A stretch of 61,486 nt of DNA. It comes from Nitrospira sp. (lineage in GTDB: Bacteria > Nitrospirota > Nitrospiria > SBBL01 > JAADHI01). Where the stretch lies: the NCBI GenBank assembly GCA_027020665.1, contig JALUVJ010000039.1, positions 1 through 61,486 on the forward strand, in the 5' to 3' direction. A program made the position numbers and the translations under genes. A model generated the notes under the pieces. The model had not been told where the DNA came from, made no database searches, and worked only from the letters and a program-made list of their open reading frames with translations. Below, one piece after another: positions 49,032 to 57,332 of this stretch. Each line of letters begins with the position of its first letter. Position 1 is the stretch's first letter.

Positions 49032-50567
49032 ATGATAAAACACAGCCCCTACGGCGCGGCAAGCGCGAACGACGCCGGACCGAAACGCGCGCTGATTTTA
49101 GCGGGCGGCGGCATGCGCTTGTCGTATCAGGCGGGCGCAATCCGCGCGTTATTGGAAGCAGAACTGTCCTTCTCTCATGTGGACAGCACTTCAGGCGGCT
49201 CGATGAATCACGCCATGCTCTTCTCCGGGCAAAGTCCCGCCGAAATGTGTGATCGCTGGCGAACCTTAAACCCCAAGGATTTTGTTTCCTTTTTGCCCCT
49301 GGAAAAATACCTGAAGCTGACAGATATTCAAGCTCTGGGCGATGCCGACAACATTACCGGGAAAGTTTTTCCGCACTTGGGCATTGAAGTGGATCGCATC
49401 CGCGCCGTACAGGGAATAGCGGGCACCTTCAATGTCTGTAATTACACAGAAAAGGTGAATGAGGTTATCCCGCACGAAAAAATCGACCGGGATTTTTTAG
49501 TGGCCGGGATGTCGCTTCCCGCCGTCATGCCGCCCGTGCGAAAAGGCGAGACACTTTACCATGATTCTGCTTTTTTGCGGGATGCAAACCTGATGGAAGC
49601 GGTACGGCGCGGCGCCGAAGAACTGTGGTTGATTTGGGTCCTCGGCAATACAAACAATTATAAGGGCGGATTTTTAGGGCTTTATGTCAACATGCTTGAG
49701 GTGAGTGCAAACGGAGCCTTGCATGAAGAATTCGCACAGATTCGGGAAATCAATGCCCGCATTGCAAAAGGAGAAGCGGCCTACGGACAGACAAAACCCA
49801 TCACGCTGCATCTCATCAAACCGGAATATCCCCTGCCGCTGGACCCCGATCTTTATTTGGGGCACATCGACAATGCCAGCCTCATTGACATGGGCTACGC
49901 CGACGCCGAAAAATATTTAAAAACCCAAACAGAATCGGGCACGGCGCTCCGACCCGCATCCACAAAAATGAAAAATCCTAAAATCGGCATTATTTTTCGC
50001 GAAACAATGCGCGGCCGTTTTTCAATGGATGAAACCGATCCCAAGCGCGGTAATAAAAAAGGACAGGATGCAGACACGCTTTTATCAATGCATGCCACCG
50101 TTCACATTGAAGACCTGTACGGCTTTTTACATGATCCGGAACATGCCGGACGGCTCACGGGGCGTATCGATTTTCCGCTATTTGGGGTAAATATTCCCGC
50201 AAAACAGGGAATTTTCAATCTATTTCATCCCTCGGATGATCCCGAAATGTTACTCATGATTTATGAACTTGCTTTTGAAGCGGCAGGTCAATCCTATTAT
50301 CTGGCCGGTCGAAAAGAGGTCCGGGACGATCCCGGATTTGATCTGTGGAAAGATACAAGCACTTTGTTCGTCCGCTTGCATCGCGGGGAGAATGCAAGCG
50401 CACCGGTCGCGGGTGCGGGGATTTTGGGCTTGAGTCTTTCGGCCTTCAAAAGCGTTTTGTCCACCATTCATGTCACACATGCCGCTTCGGAAAAAGAAAA
50501 AACAAAAGCGCTTTATGATTTTGGCCGGTTTTTTACGGGTTCACTCTGGGAATCGTATATGAAATAA
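49032..50567 (+). CDS. Patatin-like phospholipase fused to the same C-terminal module as the GMC oxidoreductase
   Basis: The ATG at 49032 has GGAGG upstream. ALILAGGGMRLSYQAG (oxyanion box), DSTSGGS (nucleophile box), and HDSAF (Asp of the dyad). The C-terminal module is at 49983-50564. Confidence 0.8.
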   Translation: MIKHSPYGAASANDAGPKRALILAGGGMRLSYQAGAIRALLEAELSFSHVDSTSGGSMNHAMLFSGQSPAEMCDRWRTLNPKDFVSFLPLEKYLKLTDIQALGDADNITGKVFPHLGIEVDRIRAVQGIAGTFNVCNYTEKVNEVIPHEKIDRDFLVAGMSLPAVMPPVRKGETLYHDSAFLRDANLMEAVRRGAEELWLIWVLGNTNNYKGGFLGLYVNMLEVSANGALHEEFAQIREINARIAKGEAAYGQTKPITLHLIKPEYPLPLDPDLYLGHIDNASLIDMGYADAEKYLKTQTESGTALRPASTKMKNPKIGIIFRETMRGRFSMDETDPKRGNKKGQDADTLLSMHATVHIEDLYGFLHDPEHAGRLTGRIDFPLFGVNIPAKQGIFNLFHPSDDPEMLLMIYELAFEAAGQSYYLAGRKEVRDDPGFDLWKDTSTLFVRLHRGENASAPVAGAGILGLSLSAFKSVLSTIHVTHAASEKEKTKALYDFGRFFTGSLWESYMK

Positions 50568-50600
50568 ACCCGCTTCCGGAAAACCTGCGTCACGTTTATT

Positions 50601-50867
50601 TTATTGATGCGTTTTTAAAGGTTTGTTCTTTTTTTTAGGCAAGAGTTCTTCTTCGATGTGCCGGATGGTTCCGCGCGGAAGCAATTGCCACGCCCGTTCG
50701 TGCAAATAGTAGAACAGGATTTTCAGCACCGCTTCAATTCCCCCGATCCCCAAAGCCACGCTGGTATCTCCGGTGATGAAATAAGCGATGCCGATTGTTG
50801 TGGCGGAGGCCAGAATCCGCCAACTCACACCCTTTAAAAGACTTCTGACATGTGTTTCCCGCTCCAT
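50601..50867 (-). CDS. DUF2061-type small membrane protein
   Basis: KGVSWRILASATTIGIAYFITGD...LKILFYYLHERAW. Confidence 0.6.
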   Translation of the reverse strand: MERETHVRSLLKGVSWRILASATTIGIAYFITGDTSVALGIGGIEAVLKILFYYLHERAWQLLPRGTIRHIEEELLPKKKNKPLKTHQ

Positions 50868-50909
50868 CTTTTCAATATAGCACAGAATGAATCTCTATTC
50901 ATAAGTCCT

Positions 50910-52007
50910 TCAAACGGCTTCTTTTCTGCCGGTCTCGTGCAGGCCCTCGCATAAAAGGCGACGGATTTCCTCTTCATCAATGACATATTCCGTATTACCG
51001 GAATCCGCGGGTAATTCGTACATCGCATCCAATAACAGGGCTTCAAGAATGGCTCGCAGCCCTCTTGCACCCGTGCCCAAAGCAATGGCTTCTTCCGCAA
51101 GCACGACCAAGGCTGCTTTTGAAAAGCGGAGTTTAAGCCCTTCAAGCTCGAATAAGCGTTCATATTGCCTGATAATGGCATGTTTCGGTTCTGTTAAAAT
51201 ACGAACGAGGTCAGAGACCTGAAGGGGATTTAAAGTGGTTGTGATGGGAAGGCGTCCCACAAATTCCGGAATCAGACCGAATTTCAAGAGATCCTCCGGC
51301 AGGATTCTCGCCTGTTGAATTTCCCGGGGTGTTTTTGCGCCGCCGAAGCCGATGACTTTTTCCTGAAGCCGCCGGGCGACGATCTGCTCGATGCCTTCAA
51401 AGGCTCCGCCACAAATAAAAAGAATGCGATCGGTCTTGATCGGAATCAATTTTTCGTGCGGATGTTTGCGGCCTCCGTTCGGTGGAACATGCACCACCGA
51501 TCCTTCGATAATTTTCAAAAGCGCCTGTTGCACCCCTTCTCCGGAGACATCCCGTGTCAGGGAGGGTGATTCATTTTTTCGCCCCACTTTGTCAATTTCG
51601 TCAATATAGACAATGCCTTGTTCACATTGCGCGATATTCCCTTCCGCCGCCTGAAGCAGACGCAGGATGACGTTTTCAACATCTTCTCCAACATATCCCG
51701 ATTGTGTCAGCGTCGTGGCATCCGAAATGGAAAGGGGAACACCCACAATTCTGGCCAGTGTTTCTGCAAAAAGGGTTTTTCCGGTTCCGGTCGGACCGAT
51801 TAAGAGCAAATTCCCTTTTTGTATCTTCAAATGCGCATCGGCTTCGTGCAGGTAAATCCGTTTATAGTGATTGTAAATGGCGACCGAAAGGATTTTTTTT
51901 GCACGTTCCTGCCCGACAATATGTTCATCCAGTCGGGCCTTGATTTCCGGGGGCCTTGGAAGCGGTTCCCGGGGTTTTTCCGCTTTTAACGGTTTCGTAT
52001 CAAACAT
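50910..52007 (-). CDS. ClpX-like AAA+ unfoldase lacking the N-terminal zinc-binding domain
   Basis: AAGGAA SD. It begins at the linker ([20 protein letters not shown]). It has Walker A GPTGTGKT, the pore loop GYVG, the RKH loop GGRKHP, and the IGF loop VIGFGG. There is no CxxC pair anywhere upstream in frame. Confidence 0.9.
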   Translation of the reverse strand: MFDTKPLKAEKPREPLPRPPEIKARLDEHIVGQERAKKILSVAIYNHYKRIYLHEADAHLKIQKGNLLLIGPTGTGKTLFAETLARIVGVPLSISDATTLTQSGYVGEDVENVILRLLQAAEGNIAQCEQGIVYIDEIDKVGRKNESPSLTRDVSGEGVQQALLKIIEGSVVHVPPNGGRKHPHEKLIPIKTDRILFICGGAFEGIEQIVARRLQEKVIGFGGAKTPREIQQARILPEDLLKFGLIPEFVGRLPITTTLNPLQVSDLVRILTEPKHAIIRQYERLFELEGLKLRFSKAALVVLAEEAIALGTGARGLRAILEALLLDAMYELPADSGNTEYVIDEEEIRRLLCEGLHETGRKEAV

Positions 52008-52051
52008 CGCTCTGTTCCTTTTTTTGATTGTTTGAAGCTTTGCGCCTCTTG

Positions 52052-52519
52052 TTATTGATTCTGCCGCAAAATGTCCCGAACCCGCTTTTCATGCGCTTGA
52101 CAGGTTTCGGAACGGCGGGCAAACCGGCTTAATAATTTAGAATCCGTTGCCTGGAGCAGCGGGAGAAAGATGTGTTCATCGCAGGTTTCAAGGTCTTTTA
52201 ATATTTGAAAGGCTTGCGCTTCATTGATCCCCCCTGAAATTTGCTTTTCGTATTTTGAGAGCATCGCCTCAATTTTTTGCTTTGTTTCGTGCGTGATTTC
52301 AACCGGATGCATCACCCGTGTGCCGCTTTGCAAGAGTGCTTTTTCGATCTTAAGCAAGGCGGCATGTTTCCGCTCATCCCGCGCAAGTTTTTTCCATAAC
52401 ACGGCTTTTTCGCACAGGGGTTCTCTTTGATGTGAAAATTGATCTGCGATACGCTGGTAAATCTTTGCAACACGCTGCTCTAAGGCGATCTGGAAATCGA
52501 GTGTCCCTTCCGTATTCAT
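52052..52519 (-). CDS. All-helical protein, possibly ferritin-like (one ExxH motif)
   Basis: The ATG at 52519 has GGAGAGGA upstream. [17 protein letters not shown] and [12 protein letters not shown]. The second-half metal site is not canonical. Confidence 0.5.
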   Translation of the reverse strand: MNTEGTLDFQIALEQRVAKIYQRIADQFSHQREPLCEKAVLWKKLARDERKHAALLKIEKALLQSGTRVMHPVEITHETKQKIEAMLSKYEKQISGGINEAQAFQILKDLETCDEHIFLPLLQATDSKLLSRFARRSETCQAHEKRVRDILRQNQ

Positions 52520-52602
52520 CAATCCTCTCCCTCGCGACGATCCCCTTTGCAGGCCCCCCGGCAATCGCGTGATTGTACCGGGGAGCCTCCCCATTTGCTG
52601 AC

Positions 52603-53511
52603 TTAAGCCGCTTTCGGAAATTCCCAGGGGATTTCTTCTTCAGGTTCCCGGTAATACTCAAGGTGTTTGACAACCCAGGAAAAGACCCATCCGACATAGA
52701 AGAAGGCAAGAAGACTGAAAGCCCCGTATTCCGCAAATCCGCCCAGCCCGCCTTTTGTAAATTGCACTGAGGAGCCTTCTCCGGCATTTGAAACCCCGGG
52801 GAAAAGCTGCGACAGGGGTTGTTTTGTTTCATTTTCGATCAGGGTTAGGGCCAGACGAAAATTTCGTTCATCTTCAAAGGCTTTATTCTTGCGAAGCAAA
52901 GCAATCATGGATTTTGAAATGCTTTGATTCCGGTCGCCTTCAAGGCTGGCATAAGCAACTTGGGCCATCATGCCTGTCGTCCAATTGACTTGGGCCTGAT
53001 TTTGTATGTCCCGGCCCGCTTTTTCCTGCCGTATGCCCGCATCAATCCTGTCGGACAATCGGACCCTTTGATCAATATCCCACGCCTTGAGGGCGCCGGA
53101 AGCAATGACGGCCCCAAGTCGTTCCTGAATGCGCTCAGGACCGGTGATCGCGGCTTCTTTGTTTGCAATATCCGTAATTTTTACAATCGCCGCACCAAGT
53201 TGAGCTTGTTTTTCCATCAAGGCCCAATCAAGATGGGCCGTAGCGGCAATGCCGCTGCCGAGCGCCTCTTGTGAGATCTTTCCTGCCTGTGCCCCATCTT
53301 GAATGAAGCGTCCGGTTTCTTCCTGTATTTTTCCTTTGTTCCAACGGAGCCATGCCGCATCTTTAACGGCCTCTCCCATCTGTTCTTGAGACTTGCCGTA
53401 TTTCACTTTCAGGAACTTTATTTCAGTGGCTTGGGACGGGAAAGTCACACAGAGAAAAAGAAGCGCAGTCGCCATGCCGATGACAGCTTGTATGCTTTTT
53501 GCAAATTTCAT
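52603..53511 (-). CDS. Secreted, C-terminally membrane-anchored protein with internal repeats; unknown function
   Basis: AAGGAGGGG SD and signal peptide MKFAKSIQAVIGMATALLFLCVTFPSQA. It has repeats QEETGRFIQDGAQAG and QEKAGRDIQNQAQVN, and a C-terminal TM helix AFSLLAFFYVGWVFSWVV. Confidence 0.6.
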   Translation of the reverse strand: MKFAKSIQAVIGMATALLFLCVTFPSQATEIKFLKVKYGKSQEQMGEAVKDAAWLRWNKGKIQEETGRFIQDGAQAGKISQEALGSGIAATAHLDWALMEKQAQLGAAIVKITDIANKEAAITGPERIQERLGAVIASGALKAWDIDQRVRLSDRIDAGIRQEKAGRDIQNQAQVNWTTGMMAQVAYASLEGDRNQSISKSMIALLRKNKAFEDERNFRLALTLIENETKQPLSQLFPGVSNAGEGSSVQFTKGGLGGFAEYGAFSLLAFFYVGWVFSWVVKHLEYYREPEEEIPWEFPKAA

Positions 53512-53529
53512 CTTGACCCCTCCTTAAAA

Positions 53530-53585
53530 GAAGCGCCAATCAAGCCGTTTCCTGTTTTTTCAAGACAGGCTTAATCAGACCTTCC
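53530..53585. repeat. 56-nt copy of the palindromic intergenic repeat family
   Basis: GAAGCGCCAATCAAG-CCGTTTCCTGTTTTTTCAAGACAGG-CTTAATCAGACCTTCC. It lies 19 nt upstream of the 53511 start codon. Confidence 0.7.
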
Positions 53586-53942
53586 TTTATGTCATGTTCA
53601 TGCCGAAGTGGATGATTTCACATGCCACCGGATGGGATCTGTTGTGTTCCCGTATTTCGAATGAATAATGAATATGGTGTGCCCCCCTGTTTTCTTTAAC
53701 CGGGGGTGTGCGTTTAAAGACCCTCAGATTAATTTTGAATGCGAACAGACCCAGATTTGCTTCCAATCGCATGCGATGCGTCCTTGATAACGAAGCAAAA
53801 AAAGTGCCGAATTCAGCTTAGACGAGGGGAGAAGAAACGCTTAAAAATCAATGTCTTCGGATTTTCTACCGGTACTAAACAAGAGAACTGGGGAATTATT
53901 GAACACCGTGAGGAAAAATGAAGCCGTCAATTCCAATACATT

Positions 53943-54494
53943 TCAGTCTTGCATCGATGGCCTAACGCGCTGTTCATACTCTGAAAAACAATAGGAAATT
54001 CCGTTTTCCCAAAAGGTTTCGGAGACGGTCTTGCGCTTAAATCGGCCCTCGAAGTCAGGGAAAAAGGTATCGCACTCAAAGCTTGTGTTGATTTGTGTAA
54101 GGTATAGTTTCTCACAGCAGGACATCTGCAGGGCCGCTTCAAAAACGTGCGCCCCTCCGATGACAAAAATGCCTTCACAATCGGGCGTGTGTCCCAAAAG
54201 AGAAAACCCTGTTTTGAGCGACCGGGCGAAAAGCACGCCGGGAGGAAATCTTTGCTGCGGATTTTGCGTTAAAACAAGGTTGATCCTGTCGGGCAAAGGC
54301 CGAAATTTTTCGGGAATCGAGTCCCAGGTTTTGCGGCCCATCATCACGGCATTTTGTTTTTCCGGGTTGCGTGTTGTTGTGGTTCGTATTTTAAAATGTT
54401 TCATGTCACCCGGCAAATGCCAAGGCAGGCCCCCGCCTTTGCCGATGCCGCGTTGTAAATCAATCGCGGCGATCACGTTGAAAGACAGGCTCAT
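53943..54494 (-). CDS. folA: Dihydrofolate reductase
   Basis: IAAIDLQRGIGKGGGLPWHLPGDMKHF, VMMGRKTWDSIP, and RPLPDRINLVLT. Confidence 0.9.
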   Translation of the reverse strand: MSLSFNVIAAIDLQRGIGKGGGLPWHLPGDMKHFKIRTTTTRNPEKQNAVMMGRKTWDSIPEKFRPLPDRINLVLTQNPQQRFPPGVLFARSLKTGFSLLGHTPDCEGIFVIGGAHVFEAALQMSCCEKLYLTQINTSFECDTFFPDFEGRFKRKTVSETFWENGISYCFSEYEQRVRPSMQD

Positions 54495-54497
54495 TTT

Positions 54498-55313
54498 TTA
54501 GACCGCGATGGGGAATTTAATAAAAGGATGGTGTTGGTAATTGCAAAGCTCAATGTCGTCAAATGTAATCTCAAGCACGGGTTTCTGCACAACCTTGATT
54601 TCCGGCGGTGTTTTAGGTCTGCGCTTGAGCTGTTCTTTTAAACCTGCAACATGGTTATCGTAGATGTGCGCATCCCCCAGGGTATGCGTGAAAACCCCCG
54701 GAATCAAGTTGCATTCGCCTGCAACGAGGGTCATCAGCAAGGCATAACTTGCGATGTTGAAAGGAACCCCCAAAGCGATATCCGCAGAGCGTTGGTAAAG
54801 CTGGCAGTCGAGACGGCCATTGATGACATAAAACTGAAAAAAAGCATGACAAGGCGGCAGCGCCATGCGGTCGAGATCGCCGGCGTTCCAGGCGCTGACA
54901 ATAATGCGACGGGAATCGGGATCGTTTTTGATAAGATCGATAGCATTTTGAATCTGATCCACATGGATTTTTTGGTAGGCCTTTGTTTTTTTGTTCCAGA
55001 CAAATTTTTCCCACTTGCGCCATTGATATCCGTAAATCGGGCCCAGTTCTCCCGCGTCATCAGCCCAGGCATTCCAGATGGGCGTATGACTTTTTAAGTC
55101 TTCGTTGATGTTGGTCGCACCTTTTAAAAACCACAACAGCTCATACACAACGGCCGGAAAGAGTACTTTTTTTGTGGTTAAAAGCGGAAACCCCTGCCGC
55201 AGATCGTACTTGCTTTGACAACCAAAAACCGAGCGCGTCCCCGTTCCCGTCCGGTCGCGTTTTTGTTCGCCGTTCTCAAGAATATGACGAACCAAGTCTA
55301 AATATTGTTTCAC
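54498..55313 (-). CDS. thyA: Thymidylate synthase (ThyA type)
   Basis: [31 protein letters not shown] (catalytic Cys), and DAHIYDNH. Confidence 0.95.
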   Translation of the reverse strand: MKQYLDLVRHILENGEQKRDRTGTGTRSVFGCQSKYDLRQGFPLLTTKKVLFPAVVYELLWFLKGATNINEDLKSHTPIWNAWADDAGELGPIYGYQWRKWEKFVWNKKTKAYQKIHVDQIQNAIDLIKNDPDSRRIIVSAWNAGDLDRMALPPCHAFFQFYVINGRLDCQLYQRSADIALGVPFNIASYALLMTLVAGECNLIPGVFTHTLGDAHIYDNHVAGLKEQLKRRPKTPPEIKVVQKPVLEITFDDIELCNYQHHPFIKFPIAV

Positions 55314-55560
55314 GTTATCCCTTATTTTTTGAGAAGGGTGCCTTGTCCGAGTGCACGATACGAAGTATCAATATCACACCCCGTGATGTCAAGAAAAACC
55401 GATCGAGAGAATCGGACGATTTTTTATTTGGGATACGGTAACAATGAGGGACGCTGCGCAATAAAAATGCTGGCAGACTTTTTTTATCTCCACTACAATA
55501 AACACATTGAGGTCACAGCGCGTAAGACTTCAAAAATACAACGGCGGCCAAAGGAAAACC

Positions 55561-55725
55561 ATGACAAAATGGGAATACAAAGCGGAGCATTTAGCTGCGG
55601 TTCAAATTGATAATCAGTTGAATTTTTTGGGGAAAGAAGGCTGGGAATTGGTGCATGTCACACATCACCCCAAAGCGGAATTTCCCTATTTTTGCATCTT
55701 AAAACGGCCGATCAGCCGGTTTTAA
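55561..55725 (+). CDS. DUF4177-type small protein
   Basis: The ATG at 55561 has AAAGGAAAA upstream. MTKWEYKAEHL...LNFLGKEGWELV is the typical pattern. Confidence 0.55.
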   Translation: MTKWEYKAEHLAAVQIDNQLNFLGKEGWELVHVTHHPKAEFPYFCILKRPISRF

Positions 55726-57221
55726 TCCCCCTTTAAGCTTTTTAAGGGCTTGCCCGCGATTTTGTTTATGAGCCGTCCGGTATTGCCCGCCGCGTAGGTG
55801 CGCACGGCCAAGTCGGGATCTTTCATGCTGTTTTTGAGCAATGACAAACTTTCCGCGCCGCCGATTTCCCCGATGGCGCGTATCGCCGCCGTGCGGACGC
55901 GCGGGGCTTCGTCTTTTAAGGCAAGCCGCACCAAAGGCAAGCCTTCCATCCCCCAAATTCTTCTGAGCGAACTCACGGCAAAATGCCGCACGCCATAGTC
56001 GGGATCTTTTAAGGCATTTTCATAAACGGCAAGACGGTTTTGGCCGAGCCGCCTGAGAGCTTCAGCCGCAGAAAGCCGCACGATCGGGCTGGGATCTTTC
56101 AGATACTTTTCAATGCGCGGAACGGCTTTTTTATCTCCCAATTTTCCCAAGGAAGTTAAGGCCGCCCCTCGTACGGCGGCATCTTCATCATTGAGCCCCT
56201 TTTCCAGTTGCGGCAGAAATTGATCCGAAGCGATGGTGCCCATTGCTTCCATGGCGGACATCCTCAATATACGGTCGGCATTGCCGCTGTAAGCCTTAAT
56301 CAGCGGGATGGCGTCCGGGTTGCCGCTTCCGCCCAGTGCGGCAACAACCGCAATCTGCGCCTCGTTCGGCAGTGTTGTAATTTCGGAGACGATTTGAAAA
56401 AAAGCCGCCTCATCCCCATTTTTTGAACGTGCGGACAGCGCCAAAAGCCGGACGGTGGGGTCGGAATCTGTTGCAAAGGTCGCCAACAACTTATTGACTT
56501 CAAGCCCTTGGTAGGTTTTGCCCAGTTGCGTCAAAACCTTCACGGCGGCCACGCGCACCATGCCGTCGGGGTCTTGCCCCGCGGCCATAATGAGTTTCAA
56601 AAAGTCCGGGCCTTCGACTTGTCCAAAGGATTCCACCGTAAAAAATCGGACAAAAGCCGCCTGATCCCGCATGCCGGGAATGATCAACGGCAATATCTCG
56701 GGATCCCCCATTTCCCCGACGGCTTTTACCGCGGCACTGCGCACAAAGTAGTTTTCATTTTCCAGGGATGTTTGAATGATCGCAAGAATAATTTCATGCA
56801 GGAGCGGCGACGAAAGTTCAGGAAAGGTTTTTTCGATCTCTGCGTGTGTGTCCAAGGCTGCGGCGACATGATCCAGCGCCACCTTCGCCCGGACTTTCAA
56901 TCGCAGCGCAGGCAGGGTATCCGGCTTTTTTTGAAGCGCCGTCTCGGCAAGGGTGACGGCCTGCGTATAATTTCCCGCTGTATAGGCTTGTTCCGCCTGT
57001 GCAAGATCCGCATCGGTTTCCGCTTCCTTTTCTTTCGGCGTACACCCGGCCTGAAACCAGAGCAGTGTAAGCATGAGTCCCGCGCCGGCCGAAAAATATT
57101 TCAATACCCTACACTTTTTTGAACAGTCTGTATTTTTCAAGAAACGCCTTCGTTCGAAGAAAGACATCATTGTAACAGGTTTGGATTCCGGTCTTTGTCT
57201 TGCCTCATTATTTGGAAGCAC
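55722..57221 (-). CDS. HEAT-repeat (PBS-lyase-type) protein with N-terminal TPR-like segment; probably exported
   Basis: It has many repeats of the form VR..A..ALG.(L/I)GD..A.P.L...L.D, for example VRSAAVKAVGEMGDPEILPLI and VRTAAIRAIGEIGGAESLSLL. A hydrophobic segment GLMLTLLWFQAGC lies near the N-terminus. The start is uncertain. Confidence 0.8.
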   Translation of the reverse strand: MLPNNEARQRPESKPVTMMSFFERRRFLKNTDCSKKCRVLKYFSAGAGLMLTLLWFQAGCTPKEKEAETDADLAQAEQAYTAGNYTQAVTLAETALQKKPDTLPALRLKVRAKVALDHVAAALDTHAEIEKTFPELSSPLLHEIILAIIQTSLENENYFVRSAAVKAVGEMGDPEILPLIIPGMRDQAAFVRFFTVESFGQVEGPDFLKLIMAAGQDPDGMVRVAAVKVLTQLGKTYQGLEVNKLLATFATDSDPTVRLLALSARSKNGDEAAFFQIVSEITTLPNEAQIAVVAALGGSGNPDAIPLIKAYSGNADRILRMSAMEAMGTIASDQFLPQLEKGLNDEDAAVRGAALTSLGKLGDKKAVPRIEKYLKDPSPIVRLSAAEALRRLGQNRLAVYENALKDPDYGVRHFAVSSLRRIWGMEGLPLVRLALKDEAPRVRTAAIRAIGEIGGAESLSLLKNSMKDPDLAVRTYAAGNTGRLINKIAGKPLKSLKGD

Positions 57222-57332
57222 AAGCTTTTAGTCAACACCTATTCCCCTCGGACTGGATCAGGCTTCTCTTGAAAAAGAAAGCAAAGCTGTGTTAATTAGA
57301 AACCCTTCATTTGTATTCGGGATTTTAAGAAC

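Noticed and set aside
52052-52519. The idea that the helical DERKH protein is an encapsulin-type ferritin-like cargo or a canonical rubrerythrin.
   Set aside because: No encapsulin shell gene or rubredoxin-like CxxC domain is nearby. Only one clear ExxH motif is present, and the second-half site (ETCDEH) is not canonical.
53587-53921. Two ORFs of about 60 aa (53587-53772 on the minus strand, 53739-53921 on the plus strand) and a 12-bp palindrome ATCGCATGCGAT (53765-53776) in the 430-nt spacer downstream of folA.
   Set aside because: The ORFs have no SD, overlap each other and have odd composition. The spacer may hold regulatory or RNA elements, but I could not identify a convincing fold or a known ncRNA signature (RNase P, SRP, tmRNA or 6S motifs are absent).
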